Assembly (NCBI GenBank): GCA_001600695.1
Contig: BCKQ01000003.1
Coordinates: 652,003 to 716,002 of the forward strand
DNA from: Ascoidea asiatica JCM 7603
Lineage: Eukaryota; Fungi; Ascomycota
Reading direction: 5' to 3'
Length of the DNA stretch: 64,000 nucleotides
Shown here piece after piece: positions 11,266 to 23,245 of this stretch. Position 1 is the stretch's first letter. Each line of letters begins with the position of its first letter. Both the position numbers and the translations under genes were made by a program. The notes under the pieces were generated by a model. That model was not told the DNA's origin and did not search any database. It saw only the letters and a list, made by a program, of their open reading frames with translations.

Positions 11266-11703
11266 CTACTCATAATCCTCTTCTAATCCTTCATCTTCAT
11301 CTTCATCATCATCATCTGCTCCATCTAAAAGTCCCTTTTCAAACTCTTCTTCTTTCTTCAATTTCTCTTTAATTAATGACTTATTTTTTTTATAATTTAA
11401 TGAACTACTATTCTTATCAATATCAACAACCTCTTCTTCAATTTCTTTAATCTCTAATTTCATTTTCTCAGTTAAATATATATTAATATTATCTTGTAAT
11501 GTAGTTAATTCTCCACGTAATTTACCTAATTTACTATCTTTTATATTCTCAATATTCTTATCTTTATCAATTGCTCCTGCATTTAAAACATATTCACTTG
11601 GTCCATTCGTTTTACCATTTATAAAATGTTTACCTTCTTTAATAATAAATTCTTTAATTATACCTTTATTTTCATTCTTATATATTCCATATGGTCTCTC
11701 CAT
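11266..11703 (-). CDS. GON7: EKC/KEOPS subunit Gon7
   Basis: GPSEYVLNAG and LGKLRGELTTLQDNINIYLTEKM motifs; acidic tail. Confidence 0.88.
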   Translation of the reverse strand: MERPYGIYKNENKGIIKEFIIKEGKHFINGKTNGPSEYVLNAGAIDKDKNIENIKDSKLGKLRGELTTLQDNINIYLTEKMKLEIKEIEEEVVDIDKNSSSLNYKKNKSLIKEKLKKEEEFEKGLLDGADDDDEDEDEGLEEDYE

Positions 11704-11824
11704 TTTACCTATCTTCTTTCTTCATTTCTTCATTTCTTCATTTCTTCATTTCTTTCATTATCAATTTAAAGCTTCATAAAATTCAAAATTTATTTCAATT
11801 CAATTTTTATTAAATTTAATTACA

Positions 11825-11858
11825 GTCACGTGTCTCTTTTTTTCATTTTCAGACGCGT
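11825..11858. promoter_or_regulatory. Cbf1 site (GTCACGTG) and MCB (ACGCGT) in the GON7/MPH1 divergent promoter
   Basis: GTCACGTG 11825-11832 and ACGCGT 11853-11858. An MCB suits a DNA-repair gene. Confidence 0.6.
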
Positions 11859-12167
11859 TAACGTTAATTACTTTAAAAAGATACTGAAATATTGAAAATA
11901 AAGGTCTATCAATAAACCAAAATAATGAATAACAAACAAGATCAAGAATATTAAGAATATCAAGAATAATAAGAAGTCAAAAATAATGAAAGTAATTCAA
12001 TAAATCAATAACATAATAACATAATAACATAATAACATAACATAATATAATTCAATTAAATCATAGACTTAAATAAAAGTCTTAAGTCATGTAAATAAAT
12101 AAATTCTCATCATCATTTAAATCTCTTTTTATTTTCTTTTTTTTTTTTATACATTATATAAAAAATT

Positions 12168-12272
12168 ATGAGTGATTTTGAATCAGATTCATTTGGTGAT
12201 GATGATGATGAGGAATTTGCAAGATTAACTGATTCTTTTATGGATCCAATTCATTCAATTAATCAAAATTTT

Positions 12273-12303
<31 letters not shown>

Positions 12304-15300
12304 CCAAAACTAATACCAAAACTAATAATATTAATGATAATAGACTCAATATTTATAATAACAATAACAATAACAATAACAACAACAACAACAAAAACAA
12401 TAATAGTTTTACCGATAATAACTCGAAATATATAGAAATTGATAATACACCTGTTGTAAAAATTGGTCCAACTAATCATATTTTAAATTATGAAAATTTA
12501 AATAATTATATCTATCCAACAAATTTACAACTTAGAGATTATCAATTTTCTATTGTTAAACAAGCTTTATTTAAAAATGTTTTATGTGCTTTACCAACAG
12601 GTTTAGGTAAAACTTTTATTGCAAATACTTTAATTTTAAATTTTTATAGATGGACAAAAAATACAAAAATTATTTTCATGGCTCCAACAAGACCATTAGT
12701 TGCTCAACAAATTAAAACTTGTATTTCAATTACTGGAATTTCAAAAAATGAAATTTCTATACTTTTAGATAAATCAAAAAAATTTAGAGAAGAAATTTAT
12801 AAAAAAAATAGAATTTTCTTTGCAACTCCACAATTAATTGATAATGATTTAAAATATGGTATTTTAAATCCAAAATCAATTGTTTTATTAATTTTTGATG
12901 AAGCTCATAGAACTAAAAATAATTATGCTTATAATAATATTATAAAATTTATTACTAGATTTACTTTATCTTTTAGAATTTTAGCTTTAACTGCAACTCC
13001 AGCTTCTGATATCTTAGGTGTACAAGAATTAGTTGATAATTTATTAATTTCAAAAATTGAAATAAGATCTGAAAAAAGTAATGATACAAAAAAATATATG
13101 AAAAATAAAGAAATTGAAACAATTATTGTTGATCCAAGATCTGAATTTATTGAAATTGATGAAATTATTACTCATATTTGTTCTGCTGTTGATCCTATAC
13201 TTAAAATTGCTGTACAAAATAAAGTTTATGAAGATGTTCATCCTTCAAGAATTAATTCTTTTCATCCAATGGAATCCGCAAGAAAAGTTATAAGTAATCC
13301 AAATTTAAATGAAGCTTTAAAATGGTACCTTTATTTTGTTTTACAAATTTTATCTCATGTTGGTCAAATGTTTAGAAGAATTAATGTTTATGGTATAAAA
13401 ACTTTTTATTCTTATCTTTTAAATAAACAAAATGAAGTTTCAACAAAATTTGATACTGGAAAATCAACAAATAAAATTTCTGCTGATTTTTATAATAATA
13501 TTAGAATTAAAAATGTTTTAGGAAAATGTGAAACTTTACTTTCAGATAAAAATTATATTTCTCATCCAAAATTAAAACTTTTAATTAAAGAATTAAATGA
13601 ATTTTTTAGTGATAAAAATAAAAGATTAAATTCAAGAGCAATAATTTTTACTGAATTAAGAGAATCTGCTTTAGAAATTGTTAAAACAATTGAAAATCAT
13701 AATAATTCTAATTTCTTAAAACCACATATTTTTATTGGTCAATCAAAAGAAAAAGAAAAATTTGATGAAGTTGAATTTCGTAAAAAAGTTGCTCCAAAAA
13801 AAAGAGGTAGAAAAAAAAAAGATAAAGAAGATGAAAAATTAAAAAAAAAAGAAGAAGAAGATAATGCAAAAAAAGAAAGACAAAAAGAAAAGCAAGAAAG
13901 ATTAAAAACTAGAGTTGGATCTTCTGAAGAAGCTCAATTAAGTGGAATGTCTCAACAAGTACAAAAAGAAATTATAAGCGATTTCAAATCTGGTAAATAC
14001 AATATTATTGTTGCGACTTCAATTGGTGAAGAAGGTTTAGATATTGGTGAAGTTGATTTAATTATTTGTTATGATGCAACTTCTTCTCCAATTAAAAATA
14101 TTCAAAGAATGGGTAGAACTGGTAGAAAAAGAGATGGAAAAGTTTTATTATTATTAACAAGTGTAGAGAATACTAAATTTAAAAAATCAATGGATAATTA
14201 TGATTTTATTCAACAATCTATTATTAAAGGAAATTTAATTGTTTTACATGAATCAGATAGAATAATTCCAAAAAATATAGTACCGTTTTGTGAAAAAAAA
14301 TTCATTGAAATTCCTGAAGAAAATAAAGAAATTGAGGAAGCAGATTCAAATGATAAAGTTATCAAATTAATGGCTAATACTGCAAAGGGTACCAAGAAGA
14401 AAAAGAAAGCTGAAAAAATTCAAAGTACCGGAAGTTCTATTGTAGATCTTTTATCAAAAGGAAAGAAAAAATCTAAAAAACAGTTTTTTATGCCTGATGG
14501 TGTTGAAACTGGATTTAAATCTGCTTCCAAAATGGTAAAAAAAGTTGGAAATGAAAAAACAAATAATAAAAGCATTTTAGATGATGAAAGTGAAAATAGT
14601 CCTCTTGAAATCTTTGATATTAGTAGTACTTCAAGTGAAGATGGTTGGCGTGATATAACACCAAATACGTCAAAGAAAAATAAAGAAAAAATTAATAAGA
14701 AAAAAAGACGATCTGAAGTTATTGATTTCTCTGACTCTTCATCGGAAGACATACCGTTAATAAAAAGAACAACAAAAAAAAACATAATTATTAGTGAAAG
14801 TGAAACTTCTGATCCAGTTTCTCGTAAGCCTACTAATGAGGTCATTCCTAAAAGCTTAAGTAATACTCCAGTTAAAAATAACAATAAAAAAAAAAGTAAA
14901 ATTGAGCCTAAAACTAAAGTTCCGAAAGAAAATTTGGAAAAGATAATTTCTCGTGGAGATAAAGTCAAATCAACTCCCGAAATAAAATCTAAAACTACTA
15001 ATAGTTATATAGACTTTTCCGAAGATTCATTTGATCTGGATCTTGACCTTGATGAATTAGGAAAATTGGGCACCAACAGAACAGTGATAGATAACCCAGA
15101 CAGTAAATTGGCAGCATACCAAAATCAGAATTCATTTAAACCTTCCTCTAAGTCTTCTTTCAATATGTCCGCGTCGACCTTAATTAGTGGATCCAAGCAA
15201 GATACTATCCTGCCTAACAAATCTGGGAAATTAGATAGTTTATTTTCTTATAGTGATCTTGAAGATGATGAAATTTCACTTCCTGAATTGGATGCCCTTA

Positions 15301-16640
15301 TTGATACATCTGGATTCAGAACTGATATTCCTATCGAATCTCAAACACATACTGAACCCATATCCAAGCCAAAGGATGTTAAAGATAATGATAATACCTC
15401 AAGAATGCTGATAAATACTAGTAATCAGGTCGTATCAACAAATAATCATTCAATAATCACAGTTCCTTCATCTACTAAGAATAACTCTCAGGTTTCTGCT
15501 TCAGATTCAGCTTTGCTTGATGATGAAGACGATATTAAGATTGAGAAAGTTGTTAAAACAAATATTGGTCGAGATATAATGAGTATGATAAAAGCCACAA
15601 TTGGAGCTATAGGAATTAAAAATAATAGAATTACCAGTAATACACTAAAATTTCAATCTCTTGGTCCTCGAGCACGAAGATTGTTAAATCAAAGGAGAGC
15701 GAAAATGAATGAAACTGCAATAATTGTTCCTTCTCAGATTTCCCACTCTCAAATCCAACGTCGTTTGGAAGGTGACGATGAGGGAGAATTCAATGATGAA
15801 AAGGTCATAAATATGATTGATGAACAGGAAGCAAGGCGAGTGAAAATGGAGAAAGAAAGCCTTGATGAAGAAAAAAGAGTGGCGAAGGAAAGAAAGGATA
15901 GAGAGGCTGCAGAGAAATTGAGAATACAGAAAGAATTAAGAGCACAAAAAAAAGAACAGAAAAAGAGAGAGGCGCGTGCTGCAAAGGAACTCGTTGACCC
16001 TTCAGTACTCAAAACAAATACCAATATCAATAATGTTTGTAATGACTATTCTTCAGTCACTACTCCTAAAATGAACAAATATTCTAGGAATACTCCCAAA
16101 TCGATCATAAAAAATCAGACAAATCAATCTTCAAGTTTCATGCCAAGAGGCGGGTTAAATAAAATGACTTCTAACAAATTATCTATGCCTCCTCCGAGAA
16201 TTCAATATAATATGAGATTAAAAAGCTATTTATATAAACGAAAAGAAAATTTGAAAAAACAAAGGTTTGGAAATATAGATGAGTTATATGGAGCGAACTT
16301 TGGAGATCATACAAAGATTGGATTCTTGAATGAGAATGAAGAAAAAGAATTGTATTCTAAATTTTTTTCCAATCTTGAAGTTTCTTTGAATGTTGAATCT
16401 TGGAATCCATCAATGGCTGCAATAAAAAGATTGCCTTTTGGTATGATTAGTCATAGCAATACCATGGAAAGGTTTTGTGATCTCAGTCACAAAATGGATG
16501 GAAATGCTGAAGATAATGCTGGCTTCAAAAAGTTGCATAAAGTAATAATTGTAAATAAGATCGCTGAGTATCAGATGAGTAAAAAAAGTTTTACTGAAGA
16601 ATCTGAATCCTGGAAAACTATGGTTGTAGATGATATTTAA
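12168..16640 (+). CDS. MPH1: FANCM-family DEAH helicase Mph1
   Basis: YPTNLQLRDYQ, LPTGLGKT, APTRPLVAQQ, FDEAHR, LTATP, TSIGEEGLDIGEVD and QRMGRTGR, followed by a long disordered C-terminus. Confidence 0.96.
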
Positions 16641-16870
16641 CTCACATCATTATATAATGTTTTTATAATATATCTTTTTTTTATAATATCTCATTTTTTT
16701 TTTATAATTGCATTTTTTTTTCTATACTCTAATGACTCTACAATACAATAAAAAAACTATTAGTTAAAAAAAGAAATTACAAATTTGTATTAAAATAACA
16801 GTAAATGAAGAAATGAAATAACAATAAAATTCTAAAATAATAAAACATCTATATAATCTTTTCGAATTGA

Positions 16871-19222
16871 TTACCATTCTGGAACATTGACTCCATATGC
16901 ACTTTTTTTGGATCCTTTAATTGGTTTGATTAATTTGGAACCATTTTCTAAGAAAGAAAATTTGACTTTTCTTAAGTTCTCATATTCACTAATGAATTTT
17001 TCTTTTTGTAAAGTTATTCCAATATCATCTAATCCATTAACTAAACAATGTTTACTGAATGGATCAATTTCAAATTTTTCAACTATTATATTACCATTTT
17101 GATCAGAAATGGTTTGATTTGGTAAATCAATTATTAATTTATTTTTAGTATTTTGAACAATTGGATAAATTTTATCTTGAATTATAGATTGAGGAACTCT
17201 GATTGGTAATAAACCATTTTTTAAAGAATTATTATAAAAAATATCACCAAATGAAGGAGCAATCATACATTTTATACCAAAATCTTTTAAAGCCCAAGGA
17301 GCATGTTCTCTTGAAGAACCACAACCAAAATTATCACCATTTATAACTAAAATTTCAGATTTATTATAATAAGGTTGATTTAAAATAAAATCAGTTTTTA
17401 CATCTTTATTATTTGCATCTTTTACACATCTTAATTCATAAAATAAACCATTTTTAAGACCAGTTCTTTTAATTGTTTTTAAAAATTGTTTTGGAATTAT
17501 GCAATCAGTATCAACATTTGTTCTATCTAAAGTTGCGGTTATACCCTTTAAGACAGTGAATTTTTCCACATTACTTTCATCATCGGTAGATGGTTCGGAA
17601 TCCTCGGAAATAGGAGAAGAATCTGATAATTCTTCTTCTTTTTGTTCTTCTTCTTCTTCCTCTTTTCGTTCTTCTAATGATTGTTTTTGATCTTTCTCAA
17701 CTTGTTTGTAAAGAGAATAATCTTCATCCTCATCAAAAATATCAGGTTGAACATTTAATTTTGGAGAGCTTGGATTTTTAAATTTCCAATATCTTATATC
17801 AACGAATTTTCCAGCAATTGCAGCAGCAGCAGCCATTGCAGGTGACATTAAATGAGTTCTTGATAAAGCACCTTGTCTACCTTGAAAATTACGATTTGAA
17901 GTAGAAGCACATCTTTCTTTTGGATTTAAAATATCTGGATTCATTCCAAGACACATTGAACAACCAGCTTCTCTCCAATCAAAACCTGCATTAATAAAAA
18001 TTTTATCAAGACCTTCTAATTCTGCTTTTTTTTTAATTAAACCTGAACCAGGTACAACTAAAGCTAATTTAATATTTTTATGAATATGATAACCATTTAT
18101 AACATTTGCAGCATTTCTTAAATCTTCAATTCTTGCATTTGTACAAGAACCAATAAAAACTTTATCAATTGGAATATCAGTTAAATTTGTATTTGGTTTT
18201 AAACCCATATAATTTAAAGCAGTTATCATACTATTTTTTTTAACTAAATCATCATTATAATCATTTGGATCTGGAATTTTAGAAGTTATTGGTAAAGCAT
18301 CTTGAGGAGAATTACCCCAAGTTATAGTTGGAATAATATCATCAGCATGAATTATAATTTCTTTATCAAATTTTGAATTTGGATCAGATTTTAAAGTTTT
18401 CCAATATGCTAAAGCTTTTTCCCAATTTTTACCTTTTGGAGCTAAAGGTCTACCTTTAATATAATTAAAAGTAATATTATCAGGTTGAATCATACCAGCT
18501 CTTGCACCAGCTTCTATAGCCATATTACACATTGACATTCTTGATTCCATTGAAAGATTTGAAATTGCTTCACCGGTAAATTCAATTACATAACCAGTAC
18601 CACCAGCAGTACCAATTTTATTAATTATATATAAAATTAAATCTTTTGAAGTTATAAAATCATTTAATTTTCCAGTAACTTCAATTTTCATATTTTTTGA
18701 TTTTTTTTGAATTAAAGTTTGAGTAGCTAAAACATGTTCAACTTCACTTGTACCAATACCAAAAGCTAAAGCACCAAAAGCACCATGAGTTGAAGTATGA
18801 GAATCACCACAAACAATAGTTGCACCAGGTAAAGTAAAACCTTGTTCAGGACCAATAATATGAACAATTCCTTGTCTTTTATCATTTAAACCAAAATATT
18901 TCAAATTAAATAATTTAACATTTTTTTCAAGAGTCATAACTTGTAATTTTGAATTTTTTTCTTTAATAAAATTATCAATTTTTTTAAAATTAAGTCTTGA
19001 AACTGTTGGAATATTATGATCAATTGTAACTAAAGTTGAATTTGGACTTCTTACTTTTCTATTTTTTTTAATTAAACCTTCAAAAGCTTGTGGAGAAGTA
19101 ACTTCATGAACTAAATGTCTATCTATATATAATAAATATGAACCAGAATCATCTTGATGAACAATATGAGATTCAAAAACTTTATCATAAAGAGTTTTTG
19201 GTTCTTCAAGTGAGGCAGTCAT
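16871..19222 (-). CDS. LEU1: 3-isopropylmalate dehydratase
   Basis: [42 protein letters not shown] and [15 protein letters not shown]; fused large and small subunits. Confidence 0.98.
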   Translation of the reverse strand: MTASLEEPKTLYDKVFESHIVHQDDSGSYLLYIDRHLVHEVTSPQAFEGLIKKNRKVRSPNSTLVTIDHNIPTVSRLNFKKIDNFIKEKNSKLQVMTLEKNVKLFNLKYFGLNDKRQGIVHIIGPEQGFTLPGATIVCGDSHTSTHGAFGALAFGIGTSEVEHVLATQTLIQKKSKNMKIEVTGKLNDFITSKDLILYIINKIGTAGGTGYVIEFTGEAISNLSMESRMSMCNMAIEAGARAGMIQPDNITFNYIKGRPLAPKGKNWEKALAYWKTLKSDPNSKFDKEIIIHADDIIPTITWGNSPQDALPITSKIPDPNDYNDDLVKKNSMITALNYMGLKPNTNLTDIPIDKVFIGSCTNARIEDLRNAANVINGYHIHKNIKLALVVPGSGLIKKKAELEGLDKIFINAGFDWREAGCSMCLGMNPDILNPKERCASTSNRNFQGRQGALSRTHLMSPAMAAAAAIAGKFVDIRYWKFKNPSSPKLNVQPDIFDEDEDYSLYKQVEKDQKQSLEERKEEEEEEQKEEELSDSSPISEDSEPSTDDESNVEKFTVLKGITATLDRTNVDTDCIIPKQFLKTIKRTGLKNGLFYELRCVKDANNKDVKTDFILNQPYYNKSEILVINGDNFGCGSSREHAPWALKDFGIKCMIAPSFGDIFYNNSLKNGLLPIRVPQSIIQDKIYPIVQNTKNKLIIDLPNQTISDQNGNIIVEKFEIDPFSKHCLVNGLDDIGITLQKEKFISEYENLRKVKFSFLENGSKLIKPIKGSKKSAYGVNVPEW

Positions 19223-19620
19223 TTTTTTTTGAAAGAAAATTATTTATAAAAGTTATTTTGAAGAAAGTTAGTCAAAAGAAAAATTAAAATATAATTTGAA
19301 TTGAATTGAAATAAGTTTGAAATTGAATATAATAAAAGAGATAATTATATGATTAAACAATGAGGAGAGACAGAGAAATTTGTATATTTATATACTTATT
19401 AAATATAATTCACAATATTAATAAAATTTATAGATTATGAATCATTGAATTAAAGAATTGGAATTTGTAATATTTCTAAGAGAATAAATAAATTTTTTTT
19501 TAGTTAACATTAACCAAAAGATTTATTTTCATTAAATTTCAAGATTACACTGAAAAATCGGGGAAATTGTCTCAGACAAAAAATACCAAAAAGGAAAAAG
19601 AAGAAAAGCAGCGATGGGCT

Positions 19621-19896
19621 CCGGTGGCGGAGGTTTGGACAGCGGAGACAGGCCGGCACAGGCCACCGCCACATTTTGTAAAACAACTGGCCAATCAGCA
19701 GACGAGAATTAGTCACGCCGGTGCATTAGGCTGGGTGTTGAATGGATCCTAGGTCCTCGGTCAAAGAGGGCCGGCAGCTGTCCGGAACAGTTGCAGCTCT
19801 CTTCCGCTCTCTTCCGTTCCTCTGCAGCGGTTTCCGGCACGCTGGCCGCTAACGGGCCCCAAACAAGTCACGCGACACATTTTACTCCGGTACCGG
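19621..19896. promoter_or_regulatory. Three Leu3-type CCG-N4-CGG sites in the GC-rich LEU1 promoter
   Basis: CCGGTGGCGG 19621-19630, CCGCTAACGG 19846-19855, and the perfect palindrome CCGGTACCGG 19887-19896. Confidence 0.8.
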
Positions 19897-20111
19897 AAAC
19901 TAAAAAAAGTAGTGGCACGTGGTTTTATTTATTTGTTTGATTATGTAATATCACGTGTTATTCAAAAGGGTATAGACAGCTTTTCATCGCCCGATTAGGA
20001 AACTACAAGTTTTGTGTAATTTTACAGGCTTTTTTCAGCCTTTTTTACTGTTTGTTTTTTTAATGTTCTTTTGTGTATTGTATTTTTTTTCTGTTTTAAC
20101 TGAAAATATTC

Positions 20112-23100
20112 CTATGCCAAATAATGATAAACATTCAAAGCCTTTTCATCTCTTTTAATATATTCCCTTTCTAATAAACTCTCTATTCTTTGCTTGATTA
20201 ATGACAATGACGGTTCAAATCTATCATTTAATAATTTAATAATCTCCATTATTAATTCATTATGATAAATTTCTTTACGTATTTTCATTATTTTTATAAT
20301 AACAGAATCAATTTCAAATTTCCTACTTAATTTTAAATCATTCAAAATTTTAAAATCTTCATTATATTCATTATATTCTGCCAATTCTTTTCCATTAATT
20401 TTATTATTATCATCTTTATTTTTGGATTTTTTATCATTACTACCATTACTTGAAGATATTGTTAAAACTTTAATTTTATTATTAGAAGATTTAAACTCTT
20501 CATTAAATGAAAATAAATCATCTTCATTAATATTTTTTGACATTGGTTCTTTTTTTAATAATCTTGTTCTTGGAACAACACTTATACTTTGTAAATATCT
20601 TATTAATTCTTTATCATCTAATTTTATCTTAATTAATTCTTTTATTTCTTTGAATGTTAATTTGAACTGTTCTTTTTCTTCTTCTCCATCTTCTTCCCCT
20701 TTTCCTTCTTCATTTCCTCTTTCTTTTTCTCTCTCTTCTAAAAATATTACCAAGATTAAATATAAATATATATTCAAATTAAATTCATATGATTTATTAT
20801 TCTTATATTCAATTTTCAAATCAATAAAACTAAAATTCAATATCCATTTCAAATATCTACCACTATGTTTTTGATAATAGAACTTATTAAACTCTTCTTT
20901 TTTTAATCTTAATTCTAATGGTAATATATCATCATCATCTTCGTCATCATCATCATCATCAATATCTTCATTTTCTTCGTCATTCTCTTCTGTTCCAAAT
21001 TCATTTTCATTCAGTATATCATTTAAATTTTTATTATTATTATTTTTATTCTTATTACCAGTTTGTAATTGAGGTAATTCAGGCCAAAATGTTCTAGTTA
21101 ATACATTAATTTCTAATTCAATTCCACTTTTTTTACTACTATTACTATTATTAATATTATTATTTTCAATTGATAATAAATTAAATTCATCACTTAATTC
21201 TTTACTTATTTTAATATCTCTTGCAATTCCTTCTAATTTACTACTAAATGAATTTCCAACTTTTTCTTTAAATTTATCAATTATTGTTTTTTCAATATTA
21301 TTACTTAAATCTCCAATTATTGATAAACAACTATTTTTATTTGTTAATAATCTTTTACCTAAATAATTTTTATAATATTTCTCAAATAAATCTTTATCTC
21401 TAATATAAATAAATACATTTAAACAATTTTTAATCCATTCATTACTTTTTGATTTATCAATAAAATTTAATTCATTCATATTACCATTATTATTATTAAT
21501 TTTATTTTTACTTTTTAAAGCTTTTGATTTTGTCGAAGTTGATAATTTTAATGATTTTTTAATATAATCATCCATATAAATTGTTAAATATTCTGAAGAT
21601 TTATTATTTATATTAATAAATTCTTTAAAACTTTTTTCAATTGTATTCATTATATCATTATTATTTTCAAACGATTTAACTAAAATTTTTTCAAATTTTT
21701 CTTTAAAGTTTATTATTTTTAAAACCCATAAATTTGAAAATTCAATTAAAATCTCTTTACTGGTTTTATTTTTAGCCTTATTTTTTATTTTAACTTTACC
21801 TTTAGTTTTAATTTTCATTTTTCCTTTAAGTTTACTATTACTACTATCTTTATTTTCTTGTTTATTTTCTTCTTCATTTTCTTCATCATTTTCATTTTGA
21901 TTTTCATTTTGATTTTCATTATTTTCATTTTGTTGATTGTTTTTAATTTCATTTTTAATTAATATTTCAAAATTTTTACCATCTTTAATAATTTTTTTAC
22001 TCAATTTTTCTCTTAATAAATTAAATTCTTTATCAATTCTTTTAATCATATTAAATAATAAAGATAAATTTGAATAATCATTATTATCAATCCAATAATC
22101 AAAAGAATCATTTTCAAATTCTAAAAAATAATTAAATTTTTTAATTATAAAAATATCATCAATTAATGAAATTAATTTTGGATAAGTTTCATTTGGTAAA
22201 ATTAATAAAAATCTATTTTCCTCTTCAATTATTAATTTTGATATTGAATTTAAATAAATTTTACCATTTTTTGTTGAAATTAATTTTAAACTTATATTAT
22301 TATAATAATCACTACTTTTTTGTAAAAAATATGGTTCAAAAGTTCTTAAATAATAATTATCAACACCTAATTCATATTTAAATCTATTATTATCGGTAAT
22401 AATATTACTATTGTTATCATTATCATCATTATCATCATCACTTTCATCATTATTAAAACTTAAATGTTCTTCTTGTAAAGATTCAAACATTTTAATTACA
22501 GATTTTATTAAAAAATTTTCAGAAATTTGACCTTTTCTAATTAAATAAAATTCATCTAAAACAATTTCATTTAATAAATTACCAATTTCATTATTATTAA
22601 AATTTATTACATATTCTTTAAATAAAGCAATTCCAACATCATAAATTAAAGGTAATGAAGATTCTTTTGCATAAACTCTATCTAAATACATTAAAACATC
22701 AGAAATCATTCTCATTGTTAGAATATGATCTTCCCAAAGATTATAAATAGTTAATATGAATCTTAAATTATTTTCTTCATTCTCTTTATAAATTATAACA
22801 TTTTTTTCAATATAATCAAAAGAGTTTGAATTATTATTATTATTAATATTATAATTATCTGGATAAATAATAATTTTTTTATAATTAAAATTGGATAATA
22901 ATTGATTTCTAATTTTTAAAAGATGAGATCTAATTTGATTTTTAACATTTTTATATAATTGATCACCATATTTTTTAAGTACTAAATTATATGCTTTTCT
23001 ATAAAGTTCTTCAAAAGATAATTTTGAAGCATTTTTATTTTGAATTTCATTAATTGCTTTTGATAATGCATTCCAAGTTTTTTGAAAATCAACTTGTTTC

Positions 23101-23245
23101 ATATAACTCTATAATTAAACATATTATTATAGATGGATTTTTTGTTAGTTTAAAGTATTAAGGATATATTATTAAAAAATAAAAGTATTTAAATCTTACA
23201 TACCCTTTTGGGAGGTCTTATTTTAGCTCTTCTTGGAGGAATCAT
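20112..23245 (-). CDS. CUL3: Cullin 3 (spliced; true start upstream of the ORF-track start)
   Basis: Exon 1 23245-23204 (MIPPRRAKIRPPKR); intron 23203-23109 (GTATGT, AACTAAC, TAG); exon 2 from 23108. Motifs LSFEELYRKAYNLVL, ISDVLMYLDRVY, DKDLFEKYY and IKQRIESLLEREYI. Confidence 0.93.
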
